From NCBI GenBank assembly GCA_965207445.1, contig CBDBLX010000002.1:1335849-1399848 (forward strand): a stretch of DNA of 64,000 bases, in the 5' to 3' direction. Position numbers and translations under genes: made by a program. Shown one piece after another: positions 31,895 through 43,504 of the stretch (its first letter is position 1; every line of letters begins with the position of its first letter). The notes under the pieces were generated by a model. It was given only the letters and a program-made list of their open reading frames with translations. It ran no database searches and had not been told where the DNA came from. The stretch is from Nitrosopumilus sp. (lineage in GTDB: Archaea > Thermoproteota > Nitrososphaeria > Nitrososphaerales > Nitrosopumilaceae).

Positions 31895-32295
31895 CTGTCT
31901 TTTCTTGATTTAACTTTGAATTATCGTTGCGCAAAAGAACCATGTTTTGATTTAATGCAACTGTGTTCTCTTTCATATAGCCAATCGTATTGCACAATAC
32001 TGCAACCGTCTCGTTTAATTTGCCAATCTTGTGGTATGTCGTGTCTCTTTTGGCGCGTATGCGATCAATCTCTAAAGGCATCACACTTGCACCACCCATC
32101 TGATCACATATGTTGTGGTTAAATCCCCATTGTGCAATATTGTATTGTTGATGTTTCTATTTGTCATTTTTGACAGATAATGACAAATAGCGATATCTCT
32201 CTATAACTATGTTATCTGTATATTTAATATCATGTTATGTGGTCGGAACAGGTGTGCCTATTTATGATCATCAATAATTAGACCTGAACGCTTAC
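31895..32295 (-). mobile_element. Truncated IS66-like left end with coiled-coil N-terminal ORF (copy 2)
   Basis: Direct repeat of 27859-28253; terminus GTAAGCGTTCAGG; followed by MITE-A end fragment GAACGGTTAC (32297-32306). Confidence 0.65.
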
Positions 32296-32355
32296 CGAAC
32301 GGTTACCGCTAGATGAGTGTAAAAGTTTATAACAGTATCATGATATAATATTATT

Positions 32356-32475
32356 ATGAGTGCTGCTGATGATATATTATCTACATTGGAGGAATTGCGA
32401 GATTTGGTAAATACAACAGAACCACTAACAGACGAACAAGTTGCATATATTAAAAAATTAGGCGATAAGTTGTAG
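32356..32475 (+). CDS. Small acidic helical peptide (module 2, gene a)
   Basis: 39 aa MSAADDILSTLEELRDLV...; AAAAGTTTATAA ~25 nt upstream. Confidence 0.45.
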   Translation: MSAADDILSTLEELRDLVNTTEPLTDEQVAYIKKLGDKL

Positions 32476-32483
32476 GTGTTAGT

Positions 32484-32645
32484 TTGGATGTACATGAAGC
32501 CAAAGCAAATTTTGATTATTATATAAACGAACTTAAAATTTTAATCACCCAACTGATAGGTCAAGTGCAACCTAATCCAAATATAGTTACATACATTAAC
32601 AAAGCTATTGAAATTTTAAAAGAATATGGAGAGGGCATAATCTAA
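32484..32645 (+). CDS. Small amphipathic protein (module 2, gene b)
   Basis: TTG start after AGGTG SD-like site; 53 aa; TAATG overlap with next gene. Confidence 0.45.
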   Translation: MDVHEAKANFDYYINELKILITQLIGQVQPNPNIVTYINKAIEILKEYGEGII

Positions 32646-33037
32646 TGTTTTTAAAATATCTAGACATTGCAGCTTTATGTATTGCAAGTGGTATTATGAT
32701 TTATAGTTTTTCTATTACATCGGAACTTTATGAAATATATGCATTTGTTGCAGTGTCAGCAGGGCTTGCATGGACCGGTTGCTTGCTTGTTAATGGCGCT
32801 CCGGCAAGATGGTATACTATAACTACATTTAAAATTTGGTTTTATATAACTACGGGTTATTGTATGCTACTGGTATTTATCTCACTTGTAGGATTGATAC
32901 CTGTCGTAGTAAATAGCATGTACGAACTTGTCCCCGTTGTAGTTGCATCGAATATTATATTATTCCGTGTATTTGTACCTACTTGTATAATACTTGTACA
33001 TAAATTACGAAACCGCCCTGAAATATTAAATATTTAA
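32645..33037 (+). CDS. Four-TM membrane protein (module 2, gene c)
   Basis: 130 aa, four hydrophobic segments, LKYLDI..., W..L.NGAP. Confidence 0.6.
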   Translation: MFLKYLDIAALCIASGIMIYSFSITSELYEIYAFVAVSAGLAWTGCLLVNGAPARWYTITTFKIWFYITTGYCMLLVFISLVGLIPVVVNSMYELVPVVVASNIILFRVFVPTCIILVHKLRNRPEILNI

Positions 33038-33073
33038 AAATGTATATTATATAAAGTTACAATTGTATGTCCC

Positions 33074-33154
33074 GTAACCGTTCAACCCTCGTACCTGCGC
33101 CAAACAATAGTCGATAAATCTATGCCTAAATTTTGGAAGGGGTCAAACGGTTAC
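33074..33154. mobile_element. MITE-A, 81 bp (diverged)
   Basis: GTAACCGTTCAA ... TCAAACGGTTAC; colinear with 25080 copy. Confidence 0.8.
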
Positions 33155-33299
33155 TCTGGCAACTGCGCTGGGCACAACTCACCGGATTGGAACAAGACAC
33201 GAAGGGCGCGCTGAGACTAAGACTCCCAAGTCAAACCAAGCGCTTACGTTTCCAGAACTTGGCATATGGTTTGTTTTTATACTCCATATTCTCCAAATC

Positions 33300-33668
33300 T
33301 CAAATTACTTTGATTCCTACATCAGGATCAATTCTTTTGAATTGAAAATTGTCTATGGATGAGTACCACTCGTCTAGATCATTCTGTATCTTGTCACTAA
33401 AAAATCGTATGTTTCTGGTTTGTAAGAGTCCTGAGTATATTCGGCTGTCGGGGATTCGGTCATTTTTGCCAGACACAATCCGTTCTCTGTCTCTATTTGG
33501 CACAATGCTCAATGCGCGGTTTATTTCATTGCGCAGTATGTGAGCCATGTCGCGCTTGTTTTCCTTTTCCTTGGATTTTTTTCTCCACGTATGCAGAATG
33601 ATTCCTCCAACTATGATAAAAATACCCCTCAATACGTCGGAGAAGATCATCTCTAAGAGTTGAGTCAT
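33300..33668 (-). CDS. Hypothetical protein with N-terminal TM helix
   Basis: 122 aa; ATGA overlap with upstream ORF. Confidence 0.55.
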   Translation of the reverse strand: MTQLLEMIFSDVLRGIFIIVGGIILHTWRKKSKEKENKRDMAHILRNEINRALSIVPNRDRERIVSGKNDRIPDSRIYSGLLQTRNIRFFSDKIQNDLDEWYSSIDNFQFKRIDPDVGIKVI

Positions 33669-33934
33669 TTCATTGGTTGTTTTCCATACATAAGTTGTAG
33701 AACCGTCGAATCATTTACATCAAATTCTGCCGTCTTGGTTTTTGGGTTCCATATTTTCATCTCAATTAACCTCAAAGGTTCATCATTTTCACGTTCAGAG
33801 TCTTCAAGCATTTGGAGCATCACCTTGTCGTGTATGCTGTTAATGGTTGATTTGAACTCATCATTAAACAGTATCTCGATCTGTTTGACCTCATCTGACT
33901 CTATACTAATTGTTGCTTTTTCATCTCCCACCAT
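33665..33934 (-). CDS. Small acidic hypothetical protein
   Basis: 89 aa; overlaps both neighbours. Confidence 0.5.
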   Translation of the reverse strand: MVGDEKATISIESDEVKQIEILFNDEFKSTINSIHDKVMLQMLEDSERENDEPLRLIEMKIWNPKTKTAEFDVNDSTVLQLMYGKQPMK

Positions 33935-34359
33935 ATCTTATCTACCTGTTGTTTTGTAAAGTTGTCTCGCTTTGCAATTACTTTTTTTAAGATATCTTCG
34001 TCTGTACATTTGCCGCGCACCTTATTTAGATAGTGCAATGAGGCAGCAATCTCCAGTTCGTCTATATCTTTATCTTTGATAAACTCTAGAAATTTTTCAA
34101 AGTTGTCCCTGTCTTTTTTGTCCTTTAGTTTGATATCATCTGGTATGACTTTGTACACGTCTTGCAGATTGAATCCGTTATGTGCAAGCAGCGAACAGTA
34201 CGGCCCACGCAAATACCATGAAAAGTCATATCCCAAATACACTCCACATGCTTGCAAAAGATACACCAGTTTCTGCAGCTTGAGGCGATCATCAAACTCG
34301 TCCATTGAGAACTCATATTTCTTGAGAACAAATCCCAATTCTACGGATTCTCGATTCAT
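33901..34359 (-). CDS. YwgA/Panacea(DUF4065)-like wHTH protein
   Basis: RLKLQKLVYLLQ..G...GYDFSWYLRGPYCS.L and LEIAASLHYL motifs. Confidence 0.75.
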   Translation of the reverse strand: MNRESVELGFVLKKYEFSMDEFDDRLKLQKLVYLLQACGVYLGYDFSWYLRGPYCSLLAHNGFNLQDVYKVIPDDIKLKDKKDRDNFEKFLEFIKDKDIDELEIAASLHYLNKVRGKCTDEDILKKVIAKRDNFTKQQVDKIWWEMKKQQLV

Positions 34360-34394
34360 TAATTAGCTTGTAATATTCTGTCATTAATTAATTG

Positions 34395-34543
34395 GTGTGA
34401 ACCAAGCTCTTTGGACACAATAATGAAATCACATACTTGTATTTGGTCACATCCCTGCCTGCATATTGAGTGCCGTACATGCAATACATTTGGCTAGAAG
34501 TTATTTTTGAATGATCATATTTGTCATGGAGGTTGGTTCACAC
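34395..34543. mobile_element. MITE-B, 149 bp (inverted orientation)
   Basis: Perfect TIR GTGTGAACCAA; perfect 8-bp TSD ATTAATTG. Confidence 0.9.
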
Positions 34544-34820
34544 ATTAATTGAGGTTGCCACCACCATCACCACCATCACCACCTCCATCCCTCCGTGGGT
34601 GTATGCCTGTGGATTTAACTGATTAAGTAGTCGTGAATTAAATATATAATTCCCCTTTAATCTGTGCTAAGACTTATGAGCGTCGCCACAGCACTAACAA
34701 CCTAACACATCATTTAATGACAGTAAATCTAACTTTTACTCGCATACAACAAAAGTGCTGTTTCTTAATATCACTAGATGACATTAATCAGATATTTTTA
34801 CATGTTAATTCATATCGGGA

Positions 34821-37800
34821 TTATCTGCAGATCTTTGGCGGAATCTGAGTGGATGGAGTCAAAGCAATTAGTTTCGTGGTAGGAGAGTCTGTTGTAGATG
34901 ATGTACCAATTACGGTGACTGTAATGTATCTAGAAGATGTATGTCCACCCATATCAGATACAACAAATACAATGTCATGGTTTCCCACATCAGAGGGCTG
35001 CGGGGTCCATACATACACACCACTTTGCGGATCTATTGTGCCCGGACTATGCCTAGAGTATACCAATGTATCTCCGTCGTTATCTGTTGCATTGACATTG
35101 ATTGTAAGTGTGCTGCCCACCGTCACGTTTGTAAACGACGTGTTGGGTGGAGGATACGTGATCACAGGAGCATAATTGTTTATCTCATTTACAGTTATAA
35201 TGACAGGTATAGTAATCACTCCTCCTCCGTTTACGTCACGTACCATGACATCAAACAAATGGGTGCCGGCATCATCCTCACCTGGTGTCCACTCAAATAC
35301 ACCTGTTGTGTAGTTGATTATGGCGCCCCGTGGCACGGATCCACTACTATTATCAAGTGTAAAAGTCAACATGTCACCGTCCGGATCACTTACTGGCACC
35401 GTAAATATTACAGTTTCATGTTCATTTACAGTGTAGTTTATCAGAGTCACATTTGCAATAGGTGGCGCGTTGACCACGGTCAGCGTGGTGGATGAAAAAT
35501 TACTATTATTACCCAATACTGAAATCGTGATCTGCTTTGAATCCTGTCCTCCGTTGTCATCAGATACCATAATAGTCATTGAGGTGGTTGTGTTGGTGTA
35601 GCTGACGTCTGGTGTCCATGTAAACGTATTATTTGACAGGGTGCCAAAGGTTGCATTGACTTTGTAAGTAAGTGTGTTTGCAGGTATATCAGGGTCAGTT
35701 GCAGACATGTTGATGATAAGAGGCGTGCCGACTATACCAGACCTATGTCCGATTTCTGCAAGTACAGGTGGACGGTTTATCTCTGCTACTGTGACTGAAA
35801 ACGTTCGGTTAGCAAATAATGGTGATGGTGAGCCGTTATCTGTGGCAGTTATTGTAATGTGATAAGTGCCGGGACCTTGGCTCTCAGTCGGAGTCCAACT
35901 AAATACACCACTAGATGAGATAGATGCTCCAAGTGATGTGGCATTTGTAGAGTATGTTAGAGTTTGTCCTGCGTCTGTGTCATTTGCTATTGCAGTGATG
36001 ATTAGTGGAATTTCTTCATTTGTCCGTTGATCTGCGATATGTAAAAGTGTAGGTGGTGTGTTGGTTGGTGAATTAAATGTTGATTGTAAAGGTGAATCTT
36101 GTGGTGGTGTTGTCGGTGAATCTTGTGGTGGTGTTGTCGGTGAATCTTGTGGTGTCTGTGTGGTCAATGTCTGCTTTACAACAAGAGGGGCCGGCACCGT
36201 TATGGTGACATCCTCATGATCTGTGCCCCCTGCACCGTCATTGACTGTAAATCGCACTACAATGGTGCCCGCATCTGTAGCAGATGGTGTCCATGTATAC
36301 GTACTACCTGTAATCAAACCTGCTGTATGGTTTGAAGAATATGTAAATGTGTTGGCAGGTATATCAGCATCAGTAGCAGACAACTGGATTGTGATCTGTG
36401 CATCAACAGATGCAGTCTTTGATCCGATTGGTGCGAGATATGGTGCTTCATTTGTCTCAGATACTGTAATTATTAGGCTCTGTGTTCCCACATTGTTTGA
36501 TGCATCTGTGGCAGATATACTCATACTGTACGTGTTGCCACCGTGTTGCTCAGATGGAGTCCAGGATAATATATTACCACCTGATATTGTCGGGAAAGGT
36601 GCCCCTCCTGTTATGTTGTGTGATGCAATAGCAAATGTGACGCCATTCTCATCTGCTACAAGTGTGTGGGTGCCTGCTGTACGTTCAGTAAACGTTGCAA
36701 TGGCAGGAGATGTGATGGTGGGATTTGTACTATCAGATACAGTTATGGTGACATCCTCATGATCTGTGCCCCCTGCACCGTCATTGACTGTAAATCGCAC
36801 TACAATGGTGCCCGCATCTGTAGCAGATGGTGTCCATGTATACGTACTACCTGTAATCAAACCTGCTGTATGGTTTGAAGAATATGTAAATGTGTTGGAG
36901 GGTATATCAGCATCAGTAGCAGACAACTGGATTGTGATCTGTGCATCAACAGATGCAGTCTTTGATCCGATTGGTGCGAGATATGGTGCTTCATTTGTCT
37001 CAGATACTGTAATTATTAGGCTCTGTGTTCCCACATTGTTTGATGCATCTGTGGCAGATATACTCATACTGTACGTGTTGCCACCGTGTTGCTCTGATGG
37101 AGTCCAGGACAATATATTACCACCTGATATTGTCGGGAAAGATGTTCCTGTTACGTTGTGTGATGCAATAGCAAATGTGACGCCATTCTCATCTGCAACA
37201 AGTGTGTGAATGCCTGCTGTACGTTCAGTAAACGTTGCAGTTGCAGAAGATGTGATGGCGGGTGCCGTGTTATCTGATGCTATAGGCGTGGCCAATACAA
37301 CACTAGAGACAGGGCTCGTGCCGGCCGTATTTATGGCACTTGCACGAAATTGATATTGCTGTCCGTTTGCAAGTCCAGTGATGGTAGCAGAGGTGCTAGA
37401 GACGGGATTTCCTGCAAACAGAGTCCACGTAGTAGCGCTACTCATCTTGTACTCTATATTATAGCCAGTAATAGGCGAGCCGCCATTGTTCCCATGTGCA
37501 CTCCACGAGAGTGCTACCTGTCCATCGCCTACCGTAGTGGTCAATCCTGTGGGCGCATCAGGTGTTGTAATCACCGTAATTATGACATTCTTATAGTCAC
37601 TATCTGAGCCATCAGAGACAGTGAACTTGATTGTGATGGTACCCACATCAGCGTGTGTGGGCGTCCATGTATACGTGTTATTTGTAATCGAACCTGCTGT
37701 ATGATTTGTAGAGTATGTTAACGTGTTTATTGGTGCATCAGTATCAGTAGCAGATAGTGTAATGTTAAGAGGGGTGCCGACTGTAGCTGACCTTGCGCTA

Positions 37801-40626
37801 ATTGGCGTGAGATATGGTGCTTCGTTTGTCTCAGATACTGTAATTATTAGACTCTGTGTTCCTACATTGTTTGATGCATCTGTGGCAGATATACTCACAT
37901 TGTACGTGTTGCCACCGTGTTGCTCTGATGGAGTCCAGGATAATATATTACCACCTGATATTGTCGGGAAAGATGTCCCTCCTGTTACGTTGTGTGATAC
38001 AATAGCAAATATGACGCCATTCTCATCTGCTACAAGGGTATGGGTGCCTGCTGTACGTTCAGTAAACGTTGCAGTGGCAGAAGATGTGATGGTGGGATTT
38101 GTACCATCAGATACAGTTATGGTGACATCCTCATGATCTGTGCCCCCTTCGCCGTCATTGACTGTAAATCGCACTACAATGGTGCCCGCATCTGTAGCAG
38201 ATGGTGTCCACGTATACGTACTACCTGCAATCAAACCTGCTGTATGATTGGAGGTATAATTCAGTGTGTTTGCTGGAACATCGGCATCATTAGCGGACAA
38301 TTGGATTGTTGATTTGCCTCTCGTCACTGAGTTGACTATCAGTGGTAGCCGATTTGGCCCCGATTGCATCAAGTACAGGTGGATGATTTGCCTCTGTCAC
38401 TGTGACTGAAAACGTCTGATTAGTAGACATTGGTGGCTGGCCATTATCTGTGGCAGTTATTGTAATGTGATAAGTACCGGGACCTTGACTCTCAGTTGGA
38501 GTCCAACTAAACACACCACTAGGTGAGATAGAGGCTCCAAGTGACGTCGTGGCATTTGTAGAGTATGATAGGGTTTGCCCAGAGTCTGGATCAGATGCTG
38601 CCACAGTAAATCTTACTTCAACTTCTTCGCTTGTTGTTATATCCTGAATTGAATCTAGTACAGGTGCAGTATTGTCTGGGAGCACATCCACTACTGAGAA
38701 TATCTGAACATCATCTCGCTCTGCATCTATTACAAAAAAGTGTGTAGAGTTAGTTGTCATGGATATTGGTTCTTTGAATTGTCCGTCTCCAGTACCACTA
38801 CTGCCAAACTTGCCAACATAATTGCCTGATGTATCAAATATCTGAACATCATCACGCTTACTATCTGTCACATACAGATACCCAAAGGCATAGAGGATGG
38901 AGAGAGGATTTTGAAACTGTCCGTCTCCAGTACCCCTGCTACCAAACTTACCAACATACTTGCCTGATGTATCAAATATCTGAACATCATCACGTAAGGA
39001 ATCCACCACAAACAAGTGCGTATAACTTGCCGCAATATCTCTCAGGCTAGTGAACTGCCCGTCATCCTGGCCATTTCTACCCACATTTTTTATATAATCA
39101 CCAGTGGCATTAAACACCTGGATCATGTCTTTGTTATGCGAAGCTGCAAATATGTGTGTAGGTGTGACTGCAATATCATGTGGTCTAAAATTATTTCCAG
39201 TCGTATTGAATACTGACACAAAACCCGTAGAGTTAAATATTGAAATACGGTTGTTGTTCGTCTCAGCTATGAACATGTGTGTACCATTATACGCGACTCC
39301 TACAGGACCGCTGAATTCTCCATGGACACTACTAGTACTATATCCGCCGATCTTGTGTGAGAACGTACCGTTGTCATGAAACACCTGGACATAGTTATTG
39401 CTATTTTGTGTTACAAATAGGTGGGTAGAGTTGGATGCAATGCGTAAGGGATCGGTAAACTCTTCGTCTTCTGAGACACCGCTACCAAATTTTCCCACAT
39501 AGTCCGGGGAGAGGTCAATATCGGCTCCGACTCGTAAGAATGCCTGAATGTCAGATCTACTATCATCAAGCACAAAAAAGTGTGTAGAGTTAGATGCAAT
39601 TGAGATTGGACTCTGAAACTGTCCGTCTCCAGTACCACTGCTACCAAACTTGCCAACATACTTGCCTGATATATCAAATATCTGAACATCATCACGATCA
39701 GTATCTGTCACATACAGATATCCCGAGGCATAAATGATGGAGCGAGGACTCTGAAACTGTCCGTCTCCGGTACCACTACTACCAAACTTGCCAACATACT
39801 TGCCTGATGTATCAAATATCTGAACATCATCACGATAAGAATCCACCACAAACAAGTGCGTATAACTTGCCGCAATATCTCGTATATTACTAAATTTGCC
39901 ATTGTTATTGCCCGTCCCCCCTATTGTCTTGATGTAATTACCAGAAAGGTCATATATCTGAATCTTTTCTGAATTTATATTATACACAAATATGTGCGCA
40001 AGTGAAACTGTAATACCATATGGCCTAAAATTTTGAGCTGTGTTAAATGTGACTGCATGCTCTCCTAAAGAGTCAAATATTTGGATGCGGTAGTTAAATG
40101 TGTCTGCCACAAACAAGTGTGTATCGTTGTATGCAATACCTTCAGGAGTGCTAAACTGGCCGGGGCCGGTACCAGTCCACATATTACCGATCTTGCCTGC
40201 AAGCGTACCGTTGGTATGAAACACAGATATAGAGTTGTCATTATCTTGTATTACAAATATGTGAGTAGAGTTAGATGTGATATCTGTTGGATTGACATGT
40301 ATTGAATTTGTTAACTGGCCTTCACCATTACCATTATTGCCGAACTTGTACTCAAACTCAGGCATGCTCTGCATGGGCAAAAAGTGAAATGCGGGAACGG
40401 CAAAGGCGTGTTGGATGTAATAATTAAAATCCTCACTATCGGCTCCATTCACTCCCACATGCACGTCTCCGATGCTTACTAAAACAATACCAAGTGTCAC
40501 AATTACAAAAAATGATATGATGCGCCCTGATAATCTACTATACCTTGTGTGTTCGCTCACACATACACACCTTTGCACATTCTGGCGATACTGGGCGCAA
40601 CACACGCCATCTAATTTAAACACCAT
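34821..40626 (-). pseudogene. Giant surface protein (two NHL propellers + cadherin-like Ig repeats + FN3), split into ORFs 38290-40626 and 34821-38372 by a 19-nt insertion
   Basis: NHL repeats GKFGSSGTGDGQFQ.P; FN3 (PDAPTGL...GDGQV.LSW..GGSPITGYNIEY..LANG..YQFR); removing 38310-38328 restores one ~1928-aa frame. Confidence 0.82.
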
Positions 40627-41061
40627 ATGACATTCATCTCCTCGTAACTATATAACAACAACTTCACAATGTGAATACTCTTGCACAATTATGAACAGTC
40701 AAACAAGATGATTCAGAGCATTTTCACAGAATCTCAAGAAGAAAATATGTACAGTTCCACTCAAATGGTCTGTTTTTGACACAAAAATCTACAATATCTA
40801 TGGATTAAAACATACATGCAGTGTAAGTGGTCCGAACTTTAAAAAACCACCGACAAGTTGCATGCATTCTGAGCCTTTTTTCCATCTACATCTGTGACAC
40901 CAATAAGATGACTTGTTGACAACTTTACTTGGCTATCATGGCTTTTTATTGACTTTTTGGATAACTGGTCTGTGGCGTGTCTGTGAGTTGTATTGTGTAT
41001 TGTGCGGACATGATATGCACATGCAAGTATAACTTGCCCACAATTAGCACAAGGATCATTT

Positions 41062-41168
41062 GTAACCGCTCAACCACCCCCCCCCCCCCCACTCCTTCCC
41101 AAAACTTAGGCATAGATTTGCCGCCTAACATCATCTGGCGCAAGCACTGGAGGAGTTTGAACGATTAC
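41062..41168. mobile_element. MITE-A, inverted, with poly-C expansion
   Basis: GTAACCGCTCAA ... TTGAACGATTAC; flanks GGATCATTT / GGAACATTT (9-bp TSD, 1 mismatch). Confidence 0.82.
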
Positions 41169-41216
41169 GGAACATTTGCCAAAAAACTATTAATCATGTT
41201 ATAAACAATTGATTAT

Positions 41217-41621
41217 ATGCTAGAAAATAATGTGATTGCACTATATGATGATCACTGTAGTTTATGCACAATATTTGCGCAATGGGTAAAACGTATGACA
41301 AAGAACAAAGTACAACTTGTTGGACACTATTCACCACAAGGATCAATGTTGCGCAAAGATATACTAGAGTCAGATGCATTAGAAATGTTCTGGGTGATTG
41401 ACAAAGATACTGCATATGGTGGAAGAGCAGCAATTTGGCCACTACTAAAAATTGCAATATCTACAAAAAAAGACAAAACAGAACATAGTAAACAAAAATA
41501 TATCAAAGATACAATAAACACCAAAAAAAGATGTACAGTCTCAGATTGCAGTGGTGCAAAACACGTGTTTATTCGCTCTGCTAGTCTGATTCGAAACAGT
41601 AGGATTATACAGATACACTAA
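41217..41621 (+). CDS. DCC1-like thiol-disulfide oxidoreductase (DUF393)
   Basis: N-terminal LYDDHCSLC (DxxCxxC) and YGGRAAI motifs. Confidence 0.8.
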   Translation: MLENNVIALYDDHCSLCTIFAQWVKRMTKNKVQLVGHYSPQGSMLRKDILESDALEMFWVIDKDTAYGGRAAIWPLLKIAISTKKDKTEHSKQKYIKDTINTKKRCTVSDCSGAKHVFIRSASLIRNSRIIQIH

Positions 41622-42617
41622 ACAAAATATGTATAATCACACCGTATAGTTTTGAATATATGTGCAGAGAAAATAAAATGAATCCGGTGAGTCACACAAA
41701 ATGTATACTATTTTATTAATTCTATAAAAATATCGATATTAATACAATGGACGCTACAAATTACGGTATTTGTGAGATTATCCCGGTGAGATTATCCCTG
41801 CAGTTGGTTTCAAATTATGTTGTATTATGTATGTATGATCAAAAACATAACACATTGTACTAATCTTTTATATGATAATTTAAATCATACAAAAAGATAA
41901 CAATCTGCAAAGTTTAGATCAGTATTCTATGAGTTGTAGTTGGTCAATATAGTTCTCAGAAAAATCACCTTTTAAAGATCTATATAATTAGTTGTAATGT
42001 TTAGATGTGATGATAAAATCAAAGACCCACATTACACAGAACCGTATGATGATGATGATATGGCCGAATACGTTGAACCGATTGAAATCGACGATGATAG
42101 TTAATCCATCTTTTTTTATCTCTCTATTTTTTATTGTCTCTGTATTCTTTGAATTTTTAACATTAGGACTTTTTCAAAGTAAAAGAAAACAAAACACAAA
42201 CACAAAAAAGATCAGTAATTGTTTTACAAACACTCATAACCATTTTTATAATACTGATCATTTCTAGTATCTATTTATTGATCTTTTTACTCCACTTGTG
42301 ACGGATATTACATCACTCATCAAAATATCTATTGTATAATCCATTACTCGTTATCAGTCAGAACAATCTATGGCTGTTGTAGTTGTTGTAGTAGTTGTTG
42401 TTGTAGTTGCATGTAACTCTACCCCATCAGGATTTATAGACTTGTCCATTATGATGTATGATGTGTGATTGATCTATGATATATGATTGACTTGTGATAT
42501 ATGATTGATCTGTAATCTCTCTTTAACAGTCATGAGGTAAAACCGGTAGATTATCCTTTAAATGGATCAGAAGAAAAATATAATATAAAAGGGAAAAAAG
42601 ACAGATAGTGAAATCAT

Positions 42618-42986
42618 ATGACAAAGGATGAATATACTGAAAAAGAAAAAGCCAAGCCTGTTGAAGATGTTGAAAAAGAAGATGTAACAGATGATACAGT
42701 TGTGAAACCCCCTACTACAACATTGAAACCATTATCATCATCACGATCACCATTATTACCACCACCTACTGGTGATATTACTATTGCAAGGCGTAAAAGA
42801 AGCTCATGGTGGTATCTTTTACCAATATTTTTAGAGGTCATTGGAGGTGTAATAGCATACTTTGTATTACGTACTGACGATCATAGACTGGCTAGAAATT
42901 GCTTATGGCTTGGTATAATATTGAGTGCAATACATTGGAGTTTTGCAATTTTGGCTCTAGTACTATTTGACTTTAGTATTATTTGA
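42618..42986 (+). CDS. Small membrane protein (two C-terminal TM helices)
   Basis: SSWWYLLPIFL.VIGGVIAYF.LR.DD..LA.NCLWLG pattern typical of thaumarchaeal membrane proteins. Confidence 0.65.
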   Translation: MTKDEYTEKEKAKPVEDVEKEDVTDDTVVKPPTTTLKPLSSSRSPLLPPPTGDITIARRKRSSWWYLLPIFLEVIGGVIAYFVLRTDDHRLARNCLWLGIILSAIHWSFAILALVLFDFSII

Positions 42987-43504
42987 TTTTAGTATTATAG
43001 TGATGCTCATAAATTCTGACGCCGTGAAAAAGTCACGCAATACGACTTTTAGCAGACATCTTTACGTGAGAATACTCTGATTCAGATTTGCCGTATTTTT
43101 TAAGGATAAAATATCAAAAAATTGTGGTGTTCGTACTCTCTATGATGCATGTGTGCGCTTAACAGTGGTCGTTCAGTGCGGCGCCTGCAGTGTCACCACC
43201 ACCACCAAAATCATGTGACGACTTTATTCTATGTAAAGTAATTCAGATCCGACTTGACCTCATTATACACTATTCAAGACTGCTTAGGAAAAAATTCACT
43301 TGGTTTGAAGATGCTCAAGTTATTTAATCATAGTAGAAAAAATAAAAACACACCATAGCAACCATAACTGGACTTTATCATCACACACCACAAATCCTGC
43401 ACTTTTTATGTTTTTTAGATGATGCACGAGGGCAATGATGGTATTGCTATCGATACACGCTTTAATGCAAAAAGACCGTCCAATCATACACACACACATT
43501 ATTG

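Noticed and set aside
43000..43330. Possible transposase remnant bounded by GATGCTCA direct repeats
   Set aside because: No convincing motif or TIR; an 8-mer match can arise by chance
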